Below the pieces are notes generated by a model that saw nothing but the letters and a program-made list of their open reading frames with translations, was not told the DNA's origin and ran no database searches. From assembly GCA_029268695.1 (NCBI GenBank), contig JAQWNJ010000017.1, forward strand, positions 56,521-120,520: a DNA stretch of 64,000 nucleotides. Reading direction: 5' to 3'. This stretch comes from Bacteroidia bacterium (GTDB taxonomy: Bacteria; Bacteroidota; Bacteroidia; NS11-12g; UBA9320). Shown here in pieces: positions 1-10,360 of the stretch. The position numbers were made by a program, and so were the translations under genes. The stretch's first letter is position 1. Each line of letters opens with the position of its first letter.

Positions 1-308
1 AAGAAAGTGGTGTGAACCGCATTATTAAGTCTGCTTATAAGTTATTAAACTATCAAACTTATTTTACGGCTGGTGAAAAAGAAGTTCGTGCATGGACCAT
101 AACAGAGGGATATACCGCACCACAGGCAGCCGGTGTTATTCATACTGATTTTGAAAAAGGGTTTATTCGAGCTGAGGTAATTGGCTACAATGATTACATT
201 GAGTATGAATCTGAGGCTAAATGTAGAGAGGCTGGGAAACTTAGAGTTGAGGGTAAGGATTATTTAGTCAAAGACGGAGATATCATGCACTTTAGATTCA
301 ATGTTTAG
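1..308 (+). CDS. ychF: Ribosome-binding ATPase YchF, C-terminal (TGS) part; 5' end lies outside the window
   Basis: Reading frame is open from base 3; translation ...[33 protein letters not shown]...[12 protein letters not shown] matches the conserved YchF C-terminus (E. coli ...[29 protein letters not shown]...KDGDVMNFLFNV). Confidence 0.85.
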   Translation, partial: ESGVNRIIKSAYKLLNYQTYFTAGEKEVRAWTITEGYTAPQAAGVIHTDFEKGFIRAEVIGYNDYIEYESEAKCREAGKLRVEGKDYLVKDGDIMHFRFNV

Positions 309-343
309 ATATATTAACTAACTTCGCAAATAACACTACAAAC

Positions 344-604
344 ATGAAAAATATTATTAAATTTTTGGGCCTTATTGTTTTTGTCAGCATAACATTTATG
401 GCTTGTGAAGACCAAAAAGAGTGTAAAAAAGAAACATCTTCTTGTGATACAGAAAAGGAGGAGTCCTGTTGTAAAAAGAATAAAGAAACATGCGAGGAGG
501 AAAATAAAAAACCATGCTGTGATAAAAAAACTGACCCTAAAGAGAACGAGTCAAATAGCGACACTACTCAAAATGATTTAGTTATTGGTGATTTCGTTCT
601 TTAA
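344..604 (+). CDS. Small Cys-rich, Lys/Glu-rich putative surface lipoprotein (86 aa)
   Basis: N-terminal signal peptide ending FMAC (lipobox-like); acidic residues directly after Cys+1 (CEDQKE) fit the Bacteroidota surface-export signal; 9 Cys including CC pairs; low-complexity KE-rich body. Confidence 0.45.
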   Translation: MKNIIKFLGLIVFVSITFMACEDQKECKKETSSCDTEKEESCCKKNKETCEEENKKPCCDKKTDPKENESNSDTTQNDLVIGDFVL

Positions 605-1366
605 TTAAAAAGAATCAGATTCTCTCAAATCTTTTATCTTTAAGCTTCTAATAAAAACAGACATACCAGATAAGATACATATTATTAATCCTGTTAGTCC
701 ATCAAGAAAACCAAGTTTTAAAAAATAGTCTCTCATAAATCTAAAAATAGGCTTGAAAGATAAATGATAAAAATTAACTCTTTCTCCCTTTGAATATCTC
801 TCATTTGCACCCCAAGTGCTGTACCTATCCCACTTTTCTAGATAATGATGGATATCTTTAAATGTATAATGAATTAGCTTTTCTTTTAATATACCCACTT
901 TGCCATCACAAATCATTTCTGCATGGACATTTTTATCTTCATACACACATTTATCTTTCCTAAATAATCGAATAACTTTATCCCCTTGCCAGCCAGAAAA
1001 TCTAATTTTTTTCCCCATAAAATGGTTTTGTCTTTTGATCCAAAAAGCACAATAGGGCAAATTGTTTTTTACGACATTAATAATTTCTGTTTTTAAATTA
1101 AATGTGATTCTCTCATCGGCATCAATCAAAATCACCCAATCATGTGAGGCTTGTGGGATGGCCCAATTTTTTTGAGATGCAGAATATTCATAAGTCCTTT
1201 GAATAACTTTCGCACCTTTATTTTTGGCAATTTCTACCGTTGAGTCTGTACTAAATGAATCAACAACTAATATCTCATCAGCCCAAGATACTGAATCAAT
1301 AGCCTCAGCGATATTATGCTCTTCATTAAATGTTGGTATTAATGCTGATATCTTGTAATTCATCAA
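605..1366 (-). CDS. Glycosyltransferase family 2, KdtX/WaaE-like (LPS core type)
   Basis: 253 aa; N-terminus ISALIPTFNEE...ILVVDSFSTDST...IDADE has the GT2 DxD architecture typical of ~255-aa LPS-core GT2 enzymes. Confidence 0.7.
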   Translation of the reverse strand: MMNYKISALIPTFNEEHNIAEAIDSVSWADEILVVDSFSTDSTVEIAKNKGAKVIQRTYEYSASQKNWAIPQASHDWVILIDADERITFNLKTEIINVVKNNLPYCAFWIKRQNHFMGKKIRFSGWQGDKVIRLFRKDKCVYEDKNVHAEMICDGKVGILKEKLIHYTFKDIHHYLEKWDRYSTWGANERYSKGERVNFYHLSFKPIFRFMRDYFLKLGFLDGLTGLIICILSGMSVFIRSLKIKDLRESDSF

Positions 1367-1437
1367 TTTAGATTTTTTTAGTTACCAAAGGTATCATTTT
1401 TATACTTTTGTTTTTGATTATAGTTTAATTATTAATA

Positions 1438-2397
1438 ATGAAAATAAGTGGTTTCACCTTTATAAAAAATGCAGAAAAATTATATATCCCTGCAAAACAG
1501 TCCATACTTTCTATCTTACCAATTTGTGATGAATTTATAATTGCAATTGGTGATAATGATAAAGATGATCGTACTACAGAAATTATTCAATCCATTAAAT
1601 CTGAAAAGATCAAAATCATACATACAAAATGGAACACAAAGGATTACCCCAAAAACACCATATTTGCTCAACAAACTGATATTGCAAAACAACATTGTAA
1701 AGGAGACTGGTTATTCTATCTTCAATGTGATGAAGCTATTCACCAAAATGATTTAGATACAATAAGGAAAGCTTGCAAAGATCACCTTTATAATAAGAGT
1801 GTGGATGGCTTTTTATTCAATTATTTACATTTTTGGGGAGATTATAATCATTACCATAACAGCCATTCATGGTATAAAAAAGAAATTAGGATTATAAGGA
1901 ATTTACCATCTATTCATTCGTGGCAAGATGCTCAATCTTTTAGAAAATTTACAAAATGGGGAGGTGGAACATTCAATGACTACACAAGTAGAAAAGACAA
2001 TGCTAAATTAGATGTCATTGAGCTAAATGTGAATGTTTTTCATTATGGTTATGTAAGACCCCCAAAAATGATGTCGAATAAGAGAAAATCAAGCTCTTCC
2101 TCCTATCACGGGAAAAATGCAAAAAATATTTTGTCAAGAATAGCTATTGAATATGACTATGGACCCTTAAATAAACTAAATAAATTTAATGGGTCTCATC
2201 CATCCGTCATGAACAATTGGATTAGTCTATTCAATTGGTCCTCAAAATTACAATACAGTGGTAATAGGAATAAAAGACGAGCACCTCATAAACATGAAAA
2301 AATGAGATATAGGATATTATCTTTCATAGAAAACACCTTTTTCAAGGGTAATGTCATTGGGGGTTTTAAGAACTATAATATCATCAAGAAGTCTTAA
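1438..2397 (+). CDS. Glycosyltransferase-like protein (GT2-like fold), unknown specificity
   Basis: 319 aa; N-terminal SGFTFIKNAE...DEFIIAIGDNDKDDRT...YLQCDE resembles the GT2 nucleotide-sugar binding half; basic C-terminus. Confidence 0.45.
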   Translation: MKISGFTFIKNAEKLYIPAKQSILSILPICDEFIIAIGDNDKDDRTTEIIQSIKSEKIKIIHTKWNTKDYPKNTIFAQQTDIAKQHCKGDWLFYLQCDEAIHQNDLDTIRKACKDHLYNKSVDGFLFNYLHFWGDYNHYHNSHSWYKKEIRIIRNLPSIHSWQDAQSFRKFTKWGGGTFNDYTSRKDNAKLDVIELNVNVFHYGYVRPPKMMSNKRKSSSSSYHGKNAKNILSRIAIEYDYGPLNKLNKFNGSHPSVMNNWISLFNWSSKLQYSGNRNKRRAPHKHEKMRYRILSFIENTFFKGNVIGGFKNYNIIKKS

Positions 2398-2459
2398 ACT
2401 TAAAGAAAAAAATCTCAGGATACACAAACCCAAAGTGCTATAAAATCAATATCTAGAAC

Positions 2460-2969
2460 TTACTTGGATACTAATTCCTTAATATGGTCCTCTAAATCAT
2501 ATTCGTCACCCTCAACATAACCTGTGTGAGTGTATACAATTTTACCCGATTGATTTACTAAAAAAGTAACTGGAGGGTTGGCAACATTCATTGCTCTTTG
2601 CAACTCACCATTTGGATCTAATAAAACATCAAAACCCCAATTTAGAGCATTGACCGTAGGTTTAACTTTGGCGGCATTTCTTGAATCGTCCAAACTAATA
2701 GCCACTAATTCCATATTATAATCTTCAATCCAATCATCCAATAAAACATTAAGATTCTTTAACTCCTTGATACATGGTTTACACCAAGTAGCCCAAAAAG
2801 AGATAACTGTAATTTTCTCGTTAGTCCCATAATCAGCGAGATTAATATCCTTACCATCAATATTTTTAAGGGTAATTTCTGGAAGTGATGACAAAGAAGC
2901 ATTATCCACTTGAGCTTGTGAATTAAGTGCTGCTATAATTAGAATTATTAATGAGATGTGTTTTAGCAT
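2460..2969 (-). CDS. TlpA-family periplasmic thiol-disulfide oxidoreductase (thioredoxin fold)
   Basis: Signal peptide plus WATWCKPC active-site motif. Confidence 0.75.
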   Translation of the reverse strand: MLKHISLIILIIAALNSQAQVDNASLSSLPEITLKNIDGKDINLADYGTNEKITVISFWATWCKPCIKELKNLNVLLDDWIEDYNMELVAISLDDSRNAAKVKPTVNALNWGFDVLLDPNGELQRAMNVANPPVTFLVNQSGKIVYTHTGYVEGDEYDLEDHIKELVSK

Positions 2970-3008
2970 AATGTTTTTATGAAGTTTTAATCAATGAGTA
3001 TGCCAAGA

Positions 3009-3623
3009 TCAAAATAAGCCATTGATTTCAGCATCTATTTTATTAATAATTGACCCAAGATGTTCTGGATTATTTTCAAAATCAATATCATCTACATCAA
3101 TAATTAGAAGTTTTCCATCCTTATAGGTGCTAATCCAGGCTTCATAACGTTCATTTAACCTTTTAAGGTAGTCTAAACGAATACTATCCTCATACTCGCG
3201 TCCTCTTTTTTGGATTTGTCCGACCAAATTTCCGATAGAGCTTCTAAGATAAATAGTTAAATCAGGTGCATCAACACTAATTTTAATATTAGTAAATAAA
3301 GCTTGATAGGTATCAAAATCTCGAGTACTCATCAATCCCATAGCATGAAGATTTGGGGCAAATATGTATGCGTCTTCATAGATTGTTCTGTCTTGAATAA
3401 TATTTTTAGTACTATTTTTTGCTTGAATTAAACTACTAAATCGCGTATGTAGAAAATAAATCTGTAGGTTAAATGACCAACGCGTCATATCATCATAAAA
3501 GTCAGTGATATACGGATTATTATCCATAGCCTCATAGTGAGGCTCCCAATCATAATGATTTGATAATAGTTTGGTTAGTGTGGTCTTACCTGACCCGATG
3601 TTACCTGCTATAGCTATATGCAT
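3009..3623 (-). CDS. Deoxynucleoside kinase
   Basis: P-loop IAGNIGSGKTT at N-terminus, dNK-family length (204 aa) and ERY-like motif region. Confidence 0.75.
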   Translation of the reverse strand: MHIAIAGNIGSGKTTLTKLLSNHYDWEPHYEAMDNNPYITDFYDDMTRWSFNLQIYFLHTRFSSLIQAKNSTKNIIQDRTIYEDAYIFAPNLHAMGLMSTRDFDTYQALFTNIKISVDAPDLTIYLRSSIGNLVGQIQKRGREYEDSIRLDYLKRLNERYEAWISTYKDGKLLIIDVDDIDFENNPEHLGSIINKIDAEINGLF

Positions 3624-3645
3624 TTTATTTTTTGGTTAGTTTTAT

Positions 3646-4647
3646 TTATTTGTAGAAATTCTTAAATCCAATAATTCCTCTTACTTCTTGTAACGTTTTA
3701 TTGGCACTTTCATTCGCTTTTTCAGCACCTATTTTTGCTGCTATAGCTAGAGCTTTAGAATCATTTTTATAATGATTTATTTTTTCTCTAATAGGGGCTA
3801 CAAATTTCAGTACATCTTCTGCTATTTGTTTTTTTAAATCTCCATATCTGATTTGAGCAGTTTGATGTAATTCCTCAAAATGAGCAATAGTAGATTTATC
3901 AGAAACTAAGTTCATAATATCAAACAAATTCTGAAGACCTTCCGACTTAAGCATTCCAGGTTCGGTTGGTCCATTATCTGTTACTGCCCTCATAATTTTT
4001 TTCCGAATCACTTGATCTTCTTCATCAAAAACAATCGTATCAGCATCTCCACTACTTTTACTCATTTTCCCTTGTGCTGTAAGTCCTGGAACTTTAATTA
4101 GTTTACCAGTATTACTGTAGGCTTTTGGTTCGTTGAAGTAGGTATTACCATACATATGATTAAATCGATTAGCAAATGTTCTTGTCATTTCTAGGTGTTG
4201 TTGTTGATCCTTGCCCACCGGAACAAAGTCAGCATGATGTGCTAATATATCAACCGCCATAAGCACTGGGTACGTCAATAGACCAGCATTAACATTATCT
4301 TTTTGAGATCGTATTTTTTCCTTAAATGATGTACTTCTCTCTAATTCACCCAAGTAAGCATTCATATTCATATAAGTGTATAGTTCAGCAATGGCTTTTA
4401 CGTCACTTTGAATGAACAGTGCACATTTTTCAGGATCCACCCCCATAGCTAAATGTTCAGCTAAAACTTGTTTGACATTGCTGTGTAAATCAGATGGTGC
4501 TGGATGAGTAGTCAAAGAATGAATATCCGCAATGAAAAAAAAGCATTCATGTTCTTCCTGCATTTTAAGAAAACTATTAACTGCACCAAAATAATTACCT
4601 AAATGCAGCTTCCCTGTGGGCCTTATACCAGATACGACTCTTGACAT
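3646..4647 (-). CDS. trpS: Tryptophan--tRNA ligase
   Basis: Class I aaRS HIGH-like motif (GKLHLGNY) and KMSKS; 333 aa, typical of bacterial TrpRS. Confidence 0.9.
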   Translation of the reverse strand: MSRVVSGIRPTGKLHLGNYFGAVNSFLKMQEEHECFFFIADIHSLTTHPAPSDLHSNVKQVLAEHLAMGVDPEKCALFIQSDVKAIAELYTYMNMNAYLGELERSTSFKEKIRSQKDNVNAGLLTYPVLMAVDILAHHADFVPVGKDQQQHLEMTRTFANRFNHMYGNTYFNEPKAYSNTGKLIKVPGLTAQGKMSKSSGDADTIVFDEEDQVIRKKIMRAVTDNGPTEPGMLKSEGLQNLFDIMNLVSDKSTIAHFEELHQTAQIRYGDLKKQIAEDVLKFVAPIREKINHYKNDSKALAIAAKIGAEKANESANKTLQEVRGIIGFKNFYK

Positions 4648-4736
4648 CTAATTATTGAAGCCTCAAAAATAGAACGCCAAAAACATTATACCAATGTTGT
4701 GGATATTTAAAATGATTTAAACTAAAAAAATTAAAC

Positions 4737-6512
4737 TTAAGTAGATTCAATCAACTGGAATTGTTTTTGAAAAAGCGTGAAATATGCCCCTTTTTTAGCC
4801 ATTAGTTCTTTATGATCTCCAATTTCGACAACAACACCTTTGTCAAGGACAAGAATTGAATCAGCTTCCTTGATTGTACTCAAACGATGTGCTATTACTA
4901 TAGATGTTCTATTAGACATTAGTTTCTTAATAGCTTGTTGGATGAGGTCCTCTGTTTCAGAGTCAACACTCGATGTGGCTTCATCTAAAATTAATATTTT
5001 CGGATCTGCTACCATAGCGCGGATAAAAGAAACTAATTGGCGTTGACCACCAGACAATGAAACACCTCGCTCCATAACTTCATAGTTAAAATTACCTTCT
5101 AATTTTTGAATAAATTCATATGCACCAACTGCCTTTGCTGCATCCTCGACCTGTTTTGAGGAGATTTCTTTATTCTTAAGATTTACATTTTCATTAACAG
5201 TCCCAGCAAAAAGAAAAACATCTTGCATTACTACACCAATCTGACTTCTTAATGATTTTAAATCTAAGGTTTTTAAATTAACCCCATCAATCAAAATATC
5301 TCCTTTTTGAAATTCGTATAATCGAGTAATTAAATTTACAATACTTGACTTACCTGCACCAGTAGCACCAACAATAGCAAGACTTCTTCCAGGTTCAATA
5401 CGAAAACTTACATCTTTTAAAACTTGAACATCTTCATTATATGAAAACCAAACGTTTTTGAAATCAATACCACCATTAACATCTGTTAAAAGTTGTTTAC
5501 CTTTTTTTTCTACATCTGAAAAATCATCTAGTAAATCAAAAATACGTTCACTACTAACCATTCCCATTTGCATTGTGTTAAATCGGTCAGCAATGAATCT
5601 AATTGGTCTAAAAATAAGATTGATATACAATATAAATGCTGATATTAAACCAACACTTGCCTCAGATGGATATCCAACACTCCAAAAAATTATTAATCCC
5701 AACGCCAAACTACTTAAAATCTCAACAATTGGGAAATAAATAGCATAATAAAAGATAGATCGTTTATTAGCTTCACGGTGTTCCCGATTAATTTTTTCGA
5801 ACTTATCAAATTCTTGATTCTGCTTGCCAAAAATTTGAACAACTTCCATCCCGACAATTTGCTCTTGAACAAAAGAATTCATTTGAGATACTTTAGTACG
5901 AACGGTCTGAAAAGATACCCTAACCCCTCTTCTAAAAAAGTCAGAAGCAACAATAAGTAAAGGTAAAACACACAGGGAAATAAGTGTTAGCTGCCAGCTA
6001 CTGTATAACATAACTCCCAAAACCACAATTATTTGAGCTAAGTCCCCAAGAATAGATATGAAACCCTGAGAAAAAAAAGATGAAATAGTCTCAACATCAG
6101 AAATAGATCGAGTAACAAGCGTACCTACCTTGCTTCTATCAAAAAATCTACTGCTCATTGAGATGATGTGCTTATAAACTCTGATCCGTAAATCTTCAAT
6201 TACCTTTTGTCCCAATAGATTAGAAACATAAGTGTTACCAAAAATTACAATGCTATTTAATAATAGATGAACAAAAATGAAAATAGAAAAGGTAGTAATT
6301 CCCTCAATATCTTTATTTGCGATAGGTTGATCCAGTGTATATTGAACAAGTAAAGGGCGAACAGGTGCCAAAATTGTAGCAATTACTGTCAATACCAAAG
6401 CAAGTAAGGCTATAGTTTGGTGTGGTTTTGCTAATTTAATTATTCGCAAAATCAAATGAAAATCAAAGGAAATAGAATTATTAGACTTTGAACTCATCCC
6501 AATTATAGCCAA
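4737..6512 (-). CDS. ABC transporter, fused permease/ATP-binding exporter (MsbA/multidrug type)
   Basis: Six predicted TM helices in N-terminal half; Walker A GATGAGKSS, signature LSGGQRQ, Walker B ILILDEATS in C-terminal half. Confidence 0.85.
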   Translation of the reverse strand: MAIIGMSSKSNNSISFDFHLILRIIKLAKPHQTIALLALVLTVIATILAPVRPLLVQYTLDQPIANKDIEGITTFSIFIFVHLLLNSIVIFGNTYVSNLLGQKVIEDLRIRVYKHIISMSSRFFDRSKVGTLVTRSISDVETISSFFSQGFISILGDLAQIIVVLGVMLYSSWQLTLISLCVLPLLIVASDFFRRGVRVSFQTVRTKVSQMNSFVQEQIVGMEVVQIFGKQNQEFDKFEKINREHREANKRSIFYYAIYFPIVEILSSLALGLIIFWSVGYPSEASVGLISAFILYINLIFRPIRFIADRFNTMQMGMVSSERIFDLLDDFSDVEKKGKQLLTDVNGGIDFKNVWFSYNEDVQVLKDVSFRIEPGRSLAIVGATGAGKSSIVNLITRLYEFQKGDILIDGVNLKTLDLKSLRSQIGVVMQDVFLFAGTVNENVNLKNKEISSKQVEDAAKAVGAYEFIQKLEGNFNYEVMERGVSLSGGQRQLVSFIRAMVADPKILILDEATSSVDSETEDLIQQAIKKLMSNRTSIVIAHRLSTIKEADSILVLDKGVVVEIGDHKELMAKKGAYFTLFQKQFQLIEST

Positions 6513-7236
6513 TTTCTAATAAATATAATCCTGCTGCCGATACACTTTTGCCAGCTTTACTTCGCTCAAGACTACTAATTATTTTTTGCAAATCATCTAT
6601 GGAAATATTTCCATACCCAACTTCCAATAATGTTCCAACCAATGCTCTTACCATATTGCGTAAAAATCTATTTGATCTTATACGAAATTCAATCAATTCA
6701 TAATTCTCGGACCACTCAGCCACCATTAGATCACAGAGCGTAGTTTTGTTATCCCCTCCTCGCTTGCAGAAAGAGGCAAAATCTTCATGTTTTAAAAGTT
6801 CTCTGCACCCCTCATTCATGAGTTCTATGCTTGGTTTGTTGTAAAGAAACAAGGTTTGATTCTCAGTAAATGGGTTCTTGATTGCTGTAGCTTTGTATAC
6901 ATACGTTCGGTAGATAGCCGAAAAACGTGAGTGAAACTGATCGTTCACTTCAAATGATTCCTTTATAGCAATATCTTTGGGTAACATCTGGTTCAATCGA
7001 AAAACAAATCGTTCAGGCAATTCTAGGTTATAATCAAAATGCAAAAAAAATTGAATGGCATGTACACCTGTATCTGTCCTTCCACAACCCATTACTGAGG
7101 TTTGTACTTTTAAAATTTTAGATAACTCTTTTTCTAAAACTTCCTGAACAGTAACATTATTAGATTGCATTTGCCAACCATGGTAATTTGTTCCGTTGTA
7201 AGCTATTTCTAATACGTATCTCAATGGTACATACAA
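6481..7236 (-). CDS. truA: tRNA pseudouridine(38-40) synthase TruA
   Basis: YNGTNYHGWQ...GCGRTDTGVHA catalytic motif region; 251 aa. Confidence 0.85.
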   Translation of the reverse strand: MYVPLRYVLEIAYNGTNYHGWQMQSNNVTVQEVLEKELSKILKVQTSVMGCGRTDTGVHAIQFFLHFDYNLELPERFVFRLNQMLPKDIAIKESFEVNDQFHSRFSAIYRTYVYKATAIKNPFTENQTLFLYNKPSIELMNEGCRELLKHEDFASFCKRGGDNKTTLCDLMVAEWSENYELIEFRIRSNRFLRNMVRALVGTLLEVGYGNISIDDLQKIISSLERSKAGKSVSAAGLYLLEIGYNWDEFKV

Positions 7237-7392
7237 AGCAATGTATTTTTACTCAAATTGAACATAAAAACAATTAAAATATCATCACATTTAATAAGAA
7301 GTACTTGATTTAATTTATTCTTTTGAATTTGAGGAAATTATTAACTAAAAGTATTCATCTAATTATATTTTTGTTGCCATTATAATTAAAAA

Positions 7393-9081
7393 ATGAATCA
7401 ACAACTAATAGAATGTGTACCAAATTTTAGTGAGGGTCGTGATCTTGGAGTCATTAAACAAATCACCAATGAAATTGAAAGTGTCGATGGAGTTAAACTT
7501 TTGGATGTCGATCCGGGAGCAGCCACAAACCGGACTGTGGTGACATTTGTCGGGACGCCACAAGCTGTTGTTCGTGCCGCATACAAAGCAATTGTAAAAG
7601 CTGGAGAATTAATTGACATGAGTAAACATTCTGGAGAACATGCCCGGATGGGAGCAACAGACGTATGTCCTTTTATTCCAGTAGCAAATATATCTATGGA
7701 AGAAACTTCCAATTGGGCAATTAAACTTGCCAAAAAAGTTGGAGAATCTACCAAAATACCGGTATACCTATATGGCGAGTCACAACCAAACAAAAAACGT
7801 CACATTTTATCCATTATTCGAGCTGGAGAATATGAAGGATTTTTTGAAAAAATTAAAAAGCCTGAATGGAAACCTGATTTTGGACCATTGGAATACAATT
7901 CAAAATCAGGAGCAACCACCATTGGTGCAAGAGATTTTTTAATTGCATATAATATAAATCTTAATACCAAATCTACTCGAATAGCAAATCGGGTCGCTTT
8001 TGACGTGAGAGAAAATGGAAGAGTTAAACGTACGGGCAATCCATATACGGGTAAAATAGTTACTGATAAAAATGGTCAAACAGTTCGCTTACCTGGAACG
8101 TGTAAAGCCGTACAAGCAGTGGGATGGTATATTGATGAGTATAATGTTGCTCAAGTAAGTGCCAATCTAACCAACTATCAAATCACCCCAATTCATACAT
8201 TCTTTGACGAGGTTCAAAAAAGCTGTATATCAAGAGGGGTTAGAATTACTGGAAGTGAATTGGTCGGCTTAATTCCCTTAAAAGCAATGTTAGATGCAGG
8301 TAAACATTATTTAAAAAAACAAGGAAGATCTCTCGGTGTAAGTGAGGAAGAACTAATTCATATTGCCATCAAATCTATGGGGCTTGATGAATTAGGACCA
8401 TTTGATCCGAGTAAAAAAATTATTGAATACCAACTTAAAAATGAAAGTGATGAACGTTTAGTCAATTTAACTGCCAAGAAACTAGCCCAAGAAACGGCCT
8501 CTGAGAGCATGGCACCTGGTGGAGGGAGTATCTCTGCATATGTTGGTTCTCTAGGAATCTCATTAGGGACTATGGTTTCTAATTTATCTGCCAACAAACC
8601 AGGATGGGAAGAAAAATTAGATGATTTTTCAAATTGGGCTGAAATTGGTCAAAAAATTCAGAAAGAACTATTATTTCTGGTAGATGAGGACACCAGATCA
8701 TTTAACCAAATTATCGATGCAATTCGAATGGCTAAAGACACAGAAAGTGAAAAAAAGCTAAGGATAGAGGCTATTCAAAATGCAAGTAAGTATGCTGCTG
8801 AGGTTCCATATCAAGTTATGCAAACCAGCTACAAATCTCTCGATTTATTAAAAGCAATGTTAGAAATTGGCAACCCAGCATCGATGTCTGATACTGGTGT
8901 TGGGGCTTTATGTTGCCTAACAGCTATAGAGGGAGCGTATATGAATGTTAGAATTAATACCAAAGATTTAAATGATAAGGATTTTGCATCGAATCTCAAC
9001 AAAAAAGCAAATAAATTGATGGCTGAAGCCAAACTAAATTTTGGATTAATAATAAAACAGGTTCACGAGAATATTCATTAG
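7393..9081 (+). CDS. ftcD: Glutamate formimidoyltransferase / formimidoyltetrahydrofolate cyclodeaminase (bifunctional)
   Basis: N-terminal CVPNFSEGRD formiminotransferase signature; 562 aa with a C-terminal cyclodeaminase-type domain. Confidence 0.8.
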   Translation: MNQQLIECVPNFSEGRDLGVIKQITNEIESVDGVKLLDVDPGAATNRTVVTFVGTPQAVVRAAYKAIVKAGELIDMSKHSGEHARMGATDVCPFIPVANISMEETSNWAIKLAKKVGESTKIPVYLYGESQPNKKRHILSIIRAGEYEGFFEKIKKPEWKPDFGPLEYNSKSGATTIGARDFLIAYNINLNTKSTRIANRVAFDVRENGRVKRTGNPYTGKIVTDKNGQTVRLPGTCKAVQAVGWYIDEYNVAQVSANLTNYQITPIHTFFDEVQKSCISRGVRITGSELVGLIPLKAMLDAGKHYLKKQGRSLGVSEEELIHIAIKSMGLDELGPFDPSKKIIEYQLKNESDERLVNLTAKKLAQETASESMAPGGGSISAYVGSLGISLGTMVSNLSANKPGWEEKLDDFSNWAEIGQKIQKELLFLVDEDTRSFNQIIDAIRMAKDTESEKKLRIEAIQNASKYAAEVPYQVMQTSYKSLDLLKAMLEIGNPASMSDTGVGALCCLTAIEGAYMNVRINTKDLNDKDFASNLNKKANKLMAEAKLNFGLIIKQVHENIH

Positions 9082-9174
9082 TAAAGAAAAATTTCAAAAA
9101 ATGTGACCATTTAATTTCATTAAAATTACCTATAATTGTGCCTTAGGATAATGAATAAGACGTTATTACCACTT

Positions 9175-10230
9175 ATGAAAAAATTACTAATTTTACTTGC
9201 GGTCTTTTTTAGTTTAAATACTTATGCACAGCAAGATCCTTACTACACGCACTTTAAAGACGTCATCCAAGCTTACAACCCAGCAGGAGCAGGAAACAGA
9301 CAAGGAATGATTTGCATAAGCGGTTTAACTCACCATCAATGGAGGGATTATACAGATGAAACTCAATACAGAGGAACAGAGGCCATCGATGGTAGTGGTC
9401 AAGATGTTGCTCCAGTTACGTATAATATGAATGTGAATTCAGTCTTTAATTTGGGTAAATCTGGCGATCAATTTTTAGGTGCAGGTCTTAGTATAATCGA
9501 TGACAAAATTGGATATACAAAATCTACTGCCTTCATGGCCAATTTGAATTATCGTAAACAATTTCAAGGAGGATTCAACGAAGTAGCTATTGGTCTTGGT
9601 ATTGGAGGTACACAATGGGGTTGGGTCGATCCTAAATTTCAAGCAAAAGATGCATTTGACTCAAACATTCCCGATGGAGATGGTAATGAAATGAAACTTG
9701 ACTTAAATTTTGGATTGATGTATAAACAACAACAAATTGGAGTAAGTTCATTCAAAAACTTCTATGCTGGATTTTCTATGACAAATATTAATCAAGCACA
9801 ATACTCAGTTTCAGTTTTGACAAAAGATGGTCAAACTAGATCTCTAAATATGTCATATGTCCCCCATTATTATACCATTGTAGGAAGCGATATCGACATG
9901 GGTAATTTTACTCTAGAACCTGCTTTTTTAGTTAAATATGGTTTACTACAAGGTTCTTATAAACCTCAAGTTGATTTAAATATGACCGCTTTATTTGCAA
10001 ATACATTCCGAGGAGGATTAGCATACAGACAATGGGCAAATAGCGATGCGGTATCTGTGCTTCTAGGTTACCAAAAAGATAACATTAAAATTGGATACTC
10101 GTATGATATCACTTTATCAAATATTCAAAAAGTGAGTAATGGTACACATGAAATCTTTGTGAGGTATTGTATTCCTATATCTGTTACACCTCCAACTAAA
10201 ATCATTAGAGAAAGTGTTAGATTTTTATAA
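9175..10230 (+). CDS. porP: PorP/SprF-family type IX secretion outer-membrane protein
   Basis: Signal peptide MKKLLILLAVFFSLNTYAQQDPYY typical of the PorP/SprF family; beta-rich; sits immediately upstream of gldK as porP does upstream of porK. Track ORF starts at 9136; Met at 9175 gives a canonical signal peptide. Confidence 0.7.
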   Translation: MKKLLILLAVFFSLNTYAQQDPYYTHFKDVIQAYNPAGAGNRQGMICISGLTHHQWRDYTDETQYRGTEAIDGSGQDVAPVTYNMNVNSVFNLGKSGDQFLGAGLSIIDDKIGYTKSTAFMANLNYRKQFQGGFNEVAIGLGIGGTQWGWVDPKFQAKDAFDSNIPDGDGNEMKLDLNFGLMYKQQQIGVSSFKNFYAGFSMTNINQAQYSVSVLTKDGQTRSLNMSYVPHYYTIVGSDIDMGNFTLEPAFLVKYGLLQGSYKPQVDLNMTALFANTFRGGLAYRQWANSDAVSVLLGYQKDNIKIGYSYDITLSNIQKVSNGTHEIFVRYCIPISVTPPTKIIRESVRFL

Positions 10231-10327
10231 TTTCATCTTAATTAAGTAGATATATACTTAAAAGATATTTTCAACGTTAAAACCCCAGACAATAGAAATA
10301 TTGTTGTTTTTTTCAACATTTAAATGT

Positions 10328-10335
10328 TAATTTGT
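10328..10335 (+). promoter_or_regulatory. Candidate Bacteroidota -7 promoter element (TAATTTGT) with upstream TTG, preceding gldK
   Basis: TAnnTTTG match 26 nt upstream of the gldK ATG; TTG at 10304-10306 gives 21-nt spacing. Confidence 0.3.
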
Positions 10336-10360
10336 CAAACTTTTAATAGAGTAAAAAGAT

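Noticed and set aside
298-564. 88-aa minus-strand ORF antisense to the Cys-rich lipoprotein gene
   Set aside because: No signal, motif or plausible start context; the plus-strand frame has a signal peptide/lipobox and coherent composition.
7398-8039. Minus-strand ORFs of 131 and 79 aa inside ftcD
   Set aside because: Fully embedded antisense in a well-supported 562-aa gene; typical spurious ORFs.
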